A DNA stretch of 64,000 bases from the NCBI RefSeq assembly GCF_002434265.1, contig NZ_DJJS01000007.1, forward strand, positions 769,327 through 833,326, read 5' to 3'. Shown here piece by piece: positions 28,630-37,363 of the stretch; within the stretch, counting starts at the first letter, position 1, and the number at the start of each line of letters is the position of its first letter. Below the pieces are notes generated by a model. The model did no database searches. It had not been told where the DNA came from and was given only the letters and a program-made list of their open reading frames with translations. A program made the translations under genes and the position numbers. The DNA is from Pseudomonas sp. UBA6562. Lineage in GTDB: Bacteria > Pseudomonadota > Gammaproteobacteria > Pseudomonadales > Pseudomonadaceae.

Positions 28630-29852
28630 AACACGGCTTGAGCGCCGACTACCCGGTCGATGTCGACCTGCCGCCGCCGTGCGAACTCAAACCCCACTAC
28701 GACGTGGTGATCATCGGCGGCGGCGGGCACGGCCTGGCCATCGCCTATTACCTGGCCAAGTACCACGGCATCACCAACGTCGCGGTACTGGAAAAGGCCT
28801 ACCTGGGCGGTGGCAATACGGCGCGCAACACGGCGGTGATCCGCTCCAACTATCTGACCAGCGAGGGCGTGCGCTTCTATGCCGAATCGGTGCGGATGTT
28901 CCAGAACCTGTCCAACGAATTCGATTTCAACATCATGTATTCCGAGCGCGGCCAGCTCACCCTGGCGCACACCGACGCCACCGTGCGTGCCTTCCGCCAG
29001 CGCGCCGAGGTCAACAAGCACTTTGGCGGGCGCACGGAAATGATCGACCGTCAGCAGATCCGCGAACTGGTGCCCAGCCTCAATCTCGACCCCGGCCACC
29101 TGCCGGTGCTGGCCGGGCTCTGGCACATCGACGGCGCCACCGCGCGGCACGACGCCGTGGCCTGGGGCTATGCCAAGCAGGCGGCCAAGCGCGGCGTGGA
29201 GATCCATCAGCTCACCGAAGTGCAGGACCTGGTGATCCGCAACGGCCGCATCGAGGCGGTGAAGACCAACCGTGGCACCGTGCAGTGCGGCTGCGTGGTG
29301 CAGGCGGTGGCAGGCGCCAGTTCGCTGTTGATGAACAAGGCGGGCATTCGCGCGCCGATCCAGACCTACCCGCTGCAAGCCATGGTCACCCAACCGCTCA
29401 AGCCGTTCCTCGACCCGCTGGTGAGCTCCTCGGCCCTGCACTGTTACGTGCAGCAGACCAGCCGTGGCGAAATCGTCTTCGGCGGTGGCTCGGACCCTTA
29501 CCCGCTGTACGGCAGCCGCTCGACCCTGGACCTCAAGGAAAGCCTGCTGGCCCATGCCATCGAGATGTTCCCGTTCATGGCCAACGCCAAGCTGATGCGC
29601 CAATGGGCCGGCAGCACCGACATGACCCCCGACTACAGCCCGATCATGGGCCTGTCGCCGGTCGACAACTATTACCTGGACGCCGGCTGGGGCACCTGGG
29701 GCTTCAAGGCCACGCCCATCTGCGGCAAGACCATGGCCGAACTGGTCGCCAGCGGCGGCAGGGTCCCCGAGCTGATCGCCCCCTTCGCCCTGGAGCGCTT
29801 CAGCCGCTTCCAGCAAGTCAACGAAATGGGCGCTACGGCCGCGAGCCACTGA
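28611..29852 (+). CDS. mgdA: Sarcosine oxidase beta-subunit family flavoprotein; N-methylglutamate dehydrogenase subunit A-like
   Basis: 413 aa. FAD dinucleotide fold [20 protein letters not shown] and SoxB-like [15 protein letters not shown]. Start at ATG 28611. Confidence 0.8.
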   Translation: MPFALLKHGLSADYPVDVDLPPPCELKPHYDVVIIGGGGHGLAIAYYLAKYHGITNVAVLEKAYLGGGNTARNTAVIRSNYLTSEGVRFYAESVRMFQNLSNEFDFNIMYSERGQLTLAHTDATVRAFRQRAEVNKHFGGRTEMIDRQQIRELVPSLNLDPGHLPVLAGLWHIDGATARHDAVAWGYAKQAAKRGVEIHQLTEVQDLVIRNGRIEAVKTNRGTVQCGCVVQAVAGASSLLMNKAGIRAPIQTYPLQAMVTQPLKPFLDPLVSSSALHCYVQQTSRGEIVFGGGSDPYPLYGSRSTLDLKESLLAHAIEMFPFMANAKLMRQWAGSTDMTPDYSPIMGLSPVDNYYLDAGWGTWGFKATPICGKTMAELVASGGRVPELIAPFALERFSRFQQVNEMGATAASH

Positions 29853-29867
29853 CAGGAGCACCAGACG

Positions 29868-30173
29868 ATGAAGATTCTGACCTGCCCCTTGAACGGGCCA
29901 CGCAACATCAGCGAGTTCTCCTACGGCGGCGAGCTCAAGCCGATGCCCGATCCGGCCACCTGCAGCGACGTCGAATGGGCCGACTACGTGTTCAACAGCG
30001 CCAACCAGGCCGGCGTGGTCACCGAATGGTGGCTGCACAACGCGTCGAGCTACTGGTTCCTGGCCGAGCGCCACACCGTCAGCGACCAAGTGCTGCGCAC
30101 CTTCGACCCTAAAGACATGTTCGACCGCCGCGTCGACTTCGCCCCTGCCGCCACCCCGGAGATCGCCGGATGA
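29868..30173 (+). CDS. mgdB: Sarcosine oxidase delta-subunit family protein (MgdB-like)
   Basis: 101 aa beginning MKILTCPLNGPRNISEF, typical of SoxD. Confidence 0.8.
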   Translation: MKILTCPLNGPRNISEFSYGGELKPMPDPATCSDVEWADYVFNSANQAGVVTEWWLHNASSYWFLAERHTVSDQVLRTFDPKDMFDRRVDFAPAATPEIAG

Positions 30174-33073
30174 ACAGCCCTGTCCGCCTACCCGCCCCCA
30201 TGGGCCTGCTGATCGACCGCGCGCGGCCCGTGCGTTTCCATTTCGACGGCCAGGCTTGCGAAGGTTTCGCCGGCGACACCATCGCCAGCGCGCTGCTGGG
30301 CAACGGCCGCTGGTTGCTGTCGCGCTCGTTCAAGTACCACCGCCCGCGTGGCCCCTTGAGCATGGCCGGGCAAGACGCCAACACCCTGGTGCAATTGCCC
30401 GACGAACCCAACGTGCTGGCCGATCTGGAGCACATCCGCGACGGCCTGGAAGTCGAAGGGCAGAACTACAACGGCAGTCTGAACGACGACCGCGACGCCT
30501 ACCTCGGCACGTTCTCGCGCTTCATGCCGGTGGGCTTCTACTACCGCGCCTTTTACAAGCCCAAAGGCATGTGGAAACGCTGGGAGCCGCTGATTCGCAA
30601 AAAAGCGGGCCTGGGCGTGCTCAATCTCGACTTCAAGCCGCAGTACTACGACAAGGCTTACCTGTTCGTCGACCTGGCCATCGTCGGCGCCGGCCCCGCC
30701 GGCCTGCGCGCCGCTCTGGAAGCCGCCAATGCCGGGGCCAAGGTGCTGTTGATCGAGCAGCAACCGGTGCTCGGCGGCTCGCTCACCTATGCCCGCTTCG
30801 ACATCGCCGGCACCCGTGCCGCCGCCCTGCGCGAAGAACTGCTGGCCGCCATCGATGGCCACCCCAACATCCAGGTGCTGCTGCAAGCCACCTGCAACGG
30901 CTGGTTCACCGACAATTACCTGCCTGTGATCCAGCACCAGCGCATGTACAAAGTCCGCGCCACGCGCTGCCTGGTCACAGCCGGCGCCTTCGACCAGCCC
31001 GTGGTGTTTCGCAACAACGATCTGCCCGGCGTGATGCTGACCAGTGCCGCCCAGCGCCTGATGAAGCTGTACGCGGTCAAGCCCGGCCAGCGCGCGGTGG
31101 TGCTCACCGGCCACGACGACGGTTACCTCGCCGCACTCGACCTGCAAGAGCAAGGCGTGGCCGTGGCGGCCGTGGTGGACATGCGCGCCGCGCCGCTCGA
31201 TCCCGCCCTGGCCGCCGAACTGCAACGGCGCGCCATCCCCCTGCACCTGGGCAGCACCGTCTACGAAGCCCTGCACGAAGCGGGCATGCGCCACGTCAGT
31301 GGTGCGGACATCCGCCCCATCGTCGGCCAGGGCAAGGTCGGCGTCCAAGGCCTGCGCGTGGCCTGCGACCTGTTGTGCATGTCGGCCGGCTACATGCCGG
31401 TCTACCAACTGCTGTGCCAGGCCGGCGGCAAGCTGAACTACGACGTCGAGCGCGACGCGTTCGTCATCGACCAATTACCCGCCGGGTTGGACATCGCCGG
31501 TTCGGTGAACGGCCGCCACCACCTCGACAACGTGCTGGCCGACGCCACCCGCAGCGCCGGCGAAGCCTTGCTCGCCCTCGGCCTGCCGGCACCGGCGCTG
31601 TCCGACTCGGTGCTCGAAGCCAAGGTCAACTTCCCCTGGCCGATCTTCCCCCACCCCAAGGGCAAGGATTTCGTCGACTTCGACGAAGACCTGCAAGTGC
31701 GCGACATCGTCAACGCCACCCGCAGCGGCTACCGCGACATCCAGCTGGTCAAGCGCTTCTCCACGGTCGGCATGGGGCCTTCGCAGGGCCGTCACTCGGC
31801 GCTGCCCACTGCTCGCTTGGTGGCCCAGGCCACCGGTCGCAGCATTGGCGAAACCGGGGTGACCACCGCCCGTCCGCCCTTCCAGGCGGAAAAACTCGCC
31901 CACGTAGCGGGCCGCGCCTTCGACCCTTACCGGCAAACGCCGATGCACCGCCGCCATGTGCAGGCCGGCGCCAAGCTGATGCCCGCCGGCGCTTGGCAGC
32001 GCCCGGCCTACTACGGCTCGCCCGAACAGCGCGACCCGTGCATGCAGGCCGAAGCTCGGCACGTGCGCGAGAAGGTCGGCTTGATCGACGTCTCCACCCT
32101 GGGCGGCCTGGACGTGCGCGGGCCGGACGCGGCCGAACTGCTCGAGCGGCTGTACACCTTCGGCTTCGCCAAGCTGGCCATCGGCCGTACCCGCTACGCC
32201 CTGATGACCAACGAGCACGGCGTGGTGATCGACGACGGCGTCTGCGCGCGCCTGGCCGACTGGCATTTCTATGTCACCGCGACGACCAGCGGGGTCGATC
32301 GTCTCTATCAGCAGATGCTCAAGTGGAACGCCCAGTGGCGTCTGGACGTGGACATCACCAACGTGACCGCTGCTCTGGCGGCGGTGAACCTGGCCGGGCC
32401 GCTGTCGCGTCAGGTGCTGGAACGGGTCTGCGACGACGTCGATCTGTCGGCCGCCGCCTTCCCCTACCTCGGCGTACGCCTGGGCAAGGTCGCTGGCATC
32501 GCCGCACGCATCCTGCGGGTCGGCTTCGTCGGCGAGCTGGGCTATGAAGTGCACGTGCCGGCGCGCCATGCCGAGTACCTGTGGGACGCGCTCATGCAGG
32601 CCGGTGCCGGCCTGGGCATCCGCCCGTTCGGGGTCGAGGCGCAGCGTTTGCTGCGTCTGGAAAAGGGCCACGTGATCATCGGCCAGGACACCGACGGCAT
32701 GACCCACCCCGCCGAGATCGACATGCAATGGGCCATCGGCCGCAAGAAACCCTTCTTCGTCGGCAAGCGCTCCATCGAAATCCTCGAAGCCCAGCCGCTC
32801 AAGCGCAAGCTGGTCGGCTTCAGCCTGCCGCAAGGCAGCCCGCAGCCGCTCGAAGGCCACCTGGTGCTCGATGGCCCGGACATCAGCGGCAACGTCACCT
32901 CCTGCGAGTACTCGCAGACCCTGGGGCAGATCATCGGCCTGGCGTATGCCGGCGCGCACCAGGCCACGCCGGGCATGCACATCCCGATCCGCGTCGAAGG
33001 CGGCGCGCTGGTGCATGCCACGGTGGTGCCCTTGCCTTTCCACGATCCCGACAACTCGCGCCAGGAGCTCTGA
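30170..33073 (+). CDS. mgdC: Sarcosine oxidase alpha-subunit family protein (MgdC-like)
   Basis: 967 aa. NAD/FAD fold LAIVGAGPAGLRAALEAANAG. C-terminal folate-binding aminomethyltransferase (GcvT)-like domain. ATGA overlap with the delta subunit. Confidence 0.85.
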   Translation: MNSPVRLPAPMGLLIDRARPVRFHFDGQACEGFAGDTIASALLGNGRWLLSRSFKYHRPRGPLSMAGQDANTLVQLPDEPNVLADLEHIRDGLEVEGQNYNGSLNDDRDAYLGTFSRFMPVGFYYRAFYKPKGMWKRWEPLIRKKAGLGVLNLDFKPQYYDKAYLFVDLAIVGAGPAGLRAALEAANAGAKVLLIEQQPVLGGSLTYARFDIAGTRAAALREELLAAIDGHPNIQVLLQATCNGWFTDNYLPVIQHQRMYKVRATRCLVTAGAFDQPVVFRNNDLPGVMLTSAAQRLMKLYAVKPGQRAVVLTGHDDGYLAALDLQEQGVAVAAVVDMRAAPLDPALAAELQRRAIPLHLGSTVYEALHEAGMRHVSGADIRPIVGQGKVGVQGLRVACDLLCMSAGYMPVYQLLCQAGGKLNYDVERDAFVIDQLPAGLDIAGSVNGRHHLDNVLADATRSAGEALLALGLPAPALSDSVLEAKVNFPWPIFPHPKGKDFVDFDEDLQVRDIVNATRSGYRDIQLVKRFSTVGMGPSQGRHSALPTARLVAQATGRSIGETGVTTARPPFQAEKLAHVAGRAFDPYRQTPMHRRHVQAGAKLMPAGAWQRPAYYGSPEQRDPCMQAEARHVREKVGLIDVSTLGGLDVRGPDAAELLERLYTFGFAKLAIGRTRYALMTNEHGVVIDDGVCARLADWHFYVTATTSGVDRLYQQMLKWNAQWRLDVDITNVTAALAAVNLAGPLSRQVLERVCDDVDLSAAAFPYLGVRLGKVAGIAARILRVGFVGELGYEVHVPARHAEYLWDALMQAGAGLGIRPFGVEAQRLLRLEKGHVIIGQDTDGMTHPAEIDMQWAIGRKKPFFVGKRSIEILEAQPLKRKLVGFSLPQGSPQPLEGHLVLDGPDISGNVTSCEYSQTLGQIIGLAYAGAHQATPGMHIPIRVEGGALVHATVVPLPFHDPDNSRQEL

Positions 33074-33076
33074 GCC

Positions 33077-33664
33077 ATGACCAGCCTCAACACCCCCACA
33101 TCCAGCCGCCGGCCCGTGCCGGTGGAGGCAGCGGCCTGCAGCCTGAGCGACCTCACCGAACTGCCCCGCTACGGTCTGCGCGGTAGCGACAGCGCAGGCT
33201 GCCTGCTAGCCCTCGGCTACAGCTTGCCCGAGCGCCCCAACCAAGCCGTGCGCCAGGCCGACGGCAGCTGGGTCGCACGCCTGTCGGCGACCGAATACTT
33301 GGTGCTGGGCAGTGACGAGGACCAGGGCGCACGTGTAGCAGCGCAGGAAGCCGAGTGGGTCCAGGACGAGCGGCGCAGTTACTTGCTGCCGCGTCAGGAC
33401 AGCCATGCCTGGCTACAGTTGTCCGGTGTTCGGTGCAGCGCCGTGATGGCCAAGCTCTGCGGCGTCGACCTGCGTGCCGAAGCGTTCGCGGTCGGTGCGG
33501 TGGCGCAGACCTCGGCGGCGCGGATCAATGTGATCGTGGTCAATGTCGGGGACGAACGAGGAGCTGCGCTGGCACTGCTCTTCGATCGCGCGTCGCTGAG
33601 CTACTTCACAGACGCCGTGCTCGATGCGATGGCGGAGTTCGTGGCGGGTGCGCCTGCCGGTTGA
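33077..33664 (+). CDS. mgdD: Sarcosine oxidase gamma-subunit family protein (MgdD-like)
   Basis: 195 aa directly after the alpha subunit, in the expected position and size for SoxG. Confidence 0.7.
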   Translation: MTSLNTPTSSRRPVPVEAAACSLSDLTELPRYGLRGSDSAGCLLALGYSLPERPNQAVRQADGSWVARLSATEYLVLGSDEDQGARVAAQEAEWVQDERRSYLLPRQDSHAWLQLSGVRCSAVMAKLCGVDLRAEAFAVGAVAQTSAARINVIVVNVGDERGAALALLFDRASLSYFTDAVLDAMAEFVAGAPAG

Positions 33665-33715
33665 AGGCAGGCGTTCGACATCCCTTTGGCTGCGCCTTGG
33701 CTCAGCCGCAGGGCG

Positions 33716-34237
33716 TTAGTCGAAGTGCCATTCGCTCGCCGGCAGCACGCGGCAGAACGGGCCAGCCAGCGTCGCGTTGTGGTGAGCGACGATGGTTTCG
33801 GCGCTGAGCAAGGGCGTGTCGCTGCAGGTATGGCCGTCGGCGATCAGCACTGCGTCGAAGCCCAGGCCGCGGGCGGCGCGGCAGGTGCTGTCGACGCAGT
33901 ACTGGGTTTTCATGCCGGTGACCACGATCCCATCGATGCCACGTGACTGCAGGCTGGCTGCCAGGTCGGTGTGCTCGAAGGCGCTGGGGCGGCGCTTCTC
34001 GAAAACGATTTCATCGCCACGCAGTTGCAGTTCCGGGGCGATTTTGGTCAGTGGGCTGTCGGGTGCGATAGGCGAGCCGGCGGGGCCGACATGGCGCGCC
34101 AGGAAAATCGGCGCGCCGGCTTCGCGGGCCTGGTGCATGAGCATGTTGAGGGTGCCGAACAAGGCGGCACTGCGCCAAGGCGTTTCCGGTCCGTGGATGA
34201 GACCGACTTGAATGTCGAGGATCAACAGGGCGTGCAT
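33716..34237 (-). CDS. Isochorismatase-family cysteine hydrolase
   Basis: MHALLILDIQ, EKRRPSAFEHTDL and VVTGMKTQYCVDSTCR (catalytic Cys present). Confidence 0.8.
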   Translation of the reverse strand: MHALLILDIQVGLIHGPETPWRSAALFGTLNMLMHQAREAGAPIFLARHVGPAGSPIAPDSPLTKIAPELQLRGDEIVFEKRRPSAFEHTDLAASLQSRGIDGIVVTGMKTQYCVDSTCRAARGLGFDAVLIADGHTCSDTPLLSAETIVAHHNATLAGPFCRVLPASEWHFD

Positions 34238-34403
34238 CGAGGGCTATTCCTTGCAGTCGATTGGGCGTAGGGAAATTACGGTGCGCTGGCCTAGTCGGCT
34301 TTGCCGCCCAGTGAAGCTGGCCAGGCGCTGGTGAGTGGCAATCGGCAGCCGATTGCCCAACACTTCACAGGCGCCAGACTTTAACTGACAATGCCCATCC
34401 TGT

Positions 34404-34478
34404 TCCGGGGTAATTCAGCGGCAGAATACTCGGCTGTTAACCGAATCGGCGCTGGTTCGAATCCAGCCCCCGGACCCA
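34404..34478 (+). tRNA. tRNA with anticodon GTT (Asn-type), non-canonical sequence, CCA encoded
   Basis: Hand-folded cloverleaf. Acceptor TCCGGGG/CCCCGGA. D arm ATTC-AGCGGCA-GAAT. Anticodon arm CTCGG-CTGTTAA-CCGAA (C27-A43 mismatch). V loop TCGGC. T arm GCTGG-TTCGAAT-CCAGC. Discriminator C, then CCA. Confidence 0.75.
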
Positions 34479-34491
34479 CTCCCTTCATGCG

Positions 34492-36807
34492 ATGAGCCCC
34501 ATGCGCAAACGCGATTCCGACTCTGCCCAGGCACCTGGCATCGGCGCGGGCTATGCAGCCTTCCAGCTTTCGAAAGCGCTACTCGCCTTGAGTGACAGCC
34601 TTCCTCCAGAGGCACGCACGCGTGCGGCCAAACGGGTCGAACGCTGGCAGCAAGTGGTCGCCCACGCGCTTGGGGGCAGCGCGCAGTACGGCTCGCGCAC
34701 ACCCTTGCCCGACGTACCCGCCTGGGTCACGCTCGAGGTCAGCACCGGCGGCTTTGCGACCGGGCAACTGTTGGCAGGCGGGGACCTGACCGAATATGAG
34801 CGCCATTTGGCGGCAGCGCTTCCGAGCATTCGCAGCGGTGCCGAGCGGCTCGACATCAACGCTTGGCACCTCACTGACGAAGGTCTGGCGGCCCTGCGCC
34901 AGCAGTTGGTCGACGGCAACTACCGGGTCGATGTGCCGGAAGCCGCTGCGCTACCGACCGTGGCCTGGTTGCTGGGTGAACAACGTGTGGACGAAGCGCG
35001 ATCGCTGATCGAGACCCTCGCGCCGTTTTTCGACCGTTTGCGCTTCTTCCCGCTACCCGGCCAGGGTCTGCCCGTGTTGGCGGCACAGGTGCAGGTGTCC
35101 ACCGCCGGCAAGGTCCGGCAGCATTTGGCCAGGCTGCCAGCCCAGCCCCGTCTGGCCGTGCAGAAGCGGGTCATCGAGCAGCGCCTGCCGCTGTACGATG
35201 CGGCCATCAGCCATTTCCTCCTGACCTATGCCGACGACTGGCCGTGCCAGCACTACCCGCCGGCCTGGCCGGAACAGGCCGCGCAACTGGGCATCCGCTT
35301 CGACACGATGTGCCGCGCAGGCACTCCGGCAAAGGGCCGTGTCGTGGAGCTGTACGCCCGGCTCGGACAATGTGCCCAGGCGCCGCAAACGCTGACGCGC
35401 AACCAGCTCGCACGGGTACGCCAGATCATCGCCGACTTCGTCCGCAAGCATGGGCGGCCCGGTTCGGCGACCCATCTCGCGCAACGGGCACGGCAACAAG
35501 CGCAAATCGCTGCGCCGGGTTATCACCGGGTCGCCGCCGCCGTGGCGGAGCGCATGACGCCGTATCCGTCCGAAGCCGGCATCCGCGATTTCGCCCCCCT
35601 GCTACACCCCATTACGCCGGCAGAATCGCAGGTGTTCGAGATTGCTGCGGGCGTCCTGTTGCCTGAGGCGGTACGCCGTCGCCTGGAACGTTGCCGCAGG
35701 GGCACGATCGCCGAACTGGTCGACTATGGGCTGATCACCTCGGGCGAAACCGTCGCCAAGGTGCTGCCGGCCATGACCGCCGAAATCCACGGCGCAGGCT
35801 TCCAGGACCCTGCACTGCGCAAGCTGTATGCCGCAACCTACCAGGCGTTCCGTCGCCGCCGCTCGCTGCTGTTGCTCGACCTGCAACACCAGGTCGCCTT
35901 GAACGAACTACCGTGGGTGGCAGTGCTCAAGGCCGACGCCCAACCGCAGGCGGTGACCGCAGACATCGCCCGCCAAGCGCTGGTCGAAGCCTCGGCCACG
36001 ACGCTCGGCGCCTTCCCGCAGGCGCTCGTGCCCAACAAGTTGCTGCAGGAGTTCGACGCTCTGGCCAAGGCGGCGGGCCTGTCGCTGCCTTTCGTCAATG
36101 AAGTCGCCACCGACATCTTCATGGGCGCGTTTTCCAACACCTTCATCGAAGCCGCCAGACGTGCCGCCGGGCCGTTGACCGGGACCTTGTACGCCCGCTA
36201 CTTCGATATCGATACGCAAGCCCTGGCAGCGCTGCCCGATAGACCGAAAGCCAAGGCCAACGCCGGATGGCGGCGAACGCCAGACGACTGCGACGCCCTG
36301 GCGAAACTCTGCGTCCGCCGCGCGGGCGCCGAACAGGCGCCGCGCAACCCGGCTACCAACGGCACGATCGTCGAGCAGCAGCAGATTCTGACGACGCAGA
36401 ACCTGGTGCCGTTGCTCTGCGAGCTCGATGTGCAGACGTTGTTGCGGCCGAAACTAGGACCAATGGCCCTCGCCTGTTTCGAGTGGATCTGTCTACGCCA
36501 GCAAATACCGCTGGCGCATCACCCTGCGCGGCTAGCGATGCTGAAGAACACGGCGTATGCATGGCGACAGATGCTGTTCTATCTGTCGCTGCTCGATGAG
36601 CCTGCAAGCGGCTCGGCCATTGCAGACATCGAGCGCCACTTTGCAGCACAACCGGCGCTTTTCCGCGAGCGTTTCCTGCCAGTGATGATGGGGTTACGCG
36701 TGGCCGCAGCCGGGCGCCGACTGCCGCAAGGCGAAGTCACGACCGAGGGGGCGCGAGTGTTTCTGGGGTGGTCGAGCCAGCGCCATTGGTTGATGCCCCG
36801 GCCGTGA
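34492..36807 (+). CDS. Large (771 aa) soluble, predicted all-alpha protein of unknown function
   Basis: Long ORF with strong GC3 bias starting 14 nt after the tRNA. No catalytic or binding motif recognised. The alternative start at ATG 34501 is equally possible. Confidence 0.7.
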   Translation: MSPMRKRDSDSAQAPGIGAGYAAFQLSKALLALSDSLPPEARTRAAKRVERWQQVVAHALGGSAQYGSRTPLPDVPAWVTLEVSTGGFATGQLLAGGDLTEYERHLAAALPSIRSGAERLDINAWHLTDEGLAALRQQLVDGNYRVDVPEAAALPTVAWLLGEQRVDEARSLIETLAPFFDRLRFFPLPGQGLPVLAAQVQVSTAGKVRQHLARLPAQPRLAVQKRVIEQRLPLYDAAISHFLLTYADDWPCQHYPPAWPEQAAQLGIRFDTMCRAGTPAKGRVVELYARLGQCAQAPQTLTRNQLARVRQIIADFVRKHGRPGSATHLAQRARQQAQIAAPGYHRVAAAVAERMTPYPSEAGIRDFAPLLHPITPAESQVFEIAAGVLLPEAVRRRLERCRRGTIAELVDYGLITSGETVAKVLPAMTAEIHGAGFQDPALRKLYAATYQAFRRRRSLLLLDLQHQVALNELPWVAVLKADAQPQAVTADIARQALVEASATTLGAFPQALVPNKLLQEFDALAKAAGLSLPFVNEVATDIFMGAFSNTFIEAARRAAGPLTGTLYARYFDIDTQALAALPDRPKAKANAGWRRTPDDCDALAKLCVRRAGAEQAPRNPATNGTIVEQQQILTTQNLVPLLCELDVQTLLRPKLGPMALACFEWICLRQQIPLAHHPARLAMLKNTAYAWRQMLFYLSLLDEPASGSAIADIERHFAAQPALFRERFLPVMMGLRVAAAGRRLPQGEVTTEGARVFLGWSSQRHWLMPRP

Positions 36808-36847
36808 CCGCGGTCGTCACCGTGCCTTGCCGAGCGCAGACACGCTG

Positions 36848-37297
36848 CTAACGCCGGTCGTCATCCATAGGGGTATAGACCCTACGGTCCTCACTGAGTC
36901 GATACAGCATCGAGCGCCTCATCCGGGGTCGCAATGCGTGCAACAGCGCGATTTCCACGGCCCAGCCACCCAGGAGAAACACCGTACGGCCAGACTTGCC
37001 CCACGGCAACTCGAACGAAACCGCTGCAATTGCAAACATGATGCTGAGCACGAACGCCATGGTGGTCATGGCATTGACGAACCAGTTGAACATTTTCCAT
37101 CGTGCGGGTAATCCCTCCAGTGGGCCCACTGCCAACAGTGCAATGCCCAGCGGCATCGACACCATGGCCCATAGGAGGGACATGCCGCCGTGATGCAGGC
37201 AGGCGATCCACAGCGCAAATCCGACCCAGGCCACTGTCCGGGACGGATTGTCGGTCAGGGTTCTGCGCAGTTTTTCGATCAGTCGGCCTGATGCCAT
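36848..37297 (-). CDS. Integral membrane protein (149 aa, 4 TM), hypothetical
   Basis: Start at ATG 37297 preceded by AAGGAG. Four hydrophobic helices. Confidence 0.65.
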   Translation of the reverse strand: MASGRLIEKLRRTLTDNPSRTVAWVGFALWIACLHHGGMSLLWAMVSMPLGIALLAVGPLEGLPARWKMFNWFVNAMTTMAFVLSIMFAIAAVSFELPWGKSGRTVFLLGGWAVEIALLHALRPRMRRSMLYRLSEDRRVYTPMDDDRR

Positions 37298-37363
37298 GGC
37301 GGTCGCTCCTTTATAGCGAGCGCAGAGCCTAACATTGGGCACGGCAAGCAATGTCACTTCGCC

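Noticed and set aside
28542-33043. Series of 400-520-aa minus-strand and alternative plus-frame ORFs (28542-30089, 30188-31474, 31475-33043, 28679-30112, 30256-32547)
   Set aside because: All overlap the soxB/D/A-like genes, whose products carry clear FAD and folate-domain motifs. The alternative frames are Arg/Ala/Gly/Pro-rich shadows.
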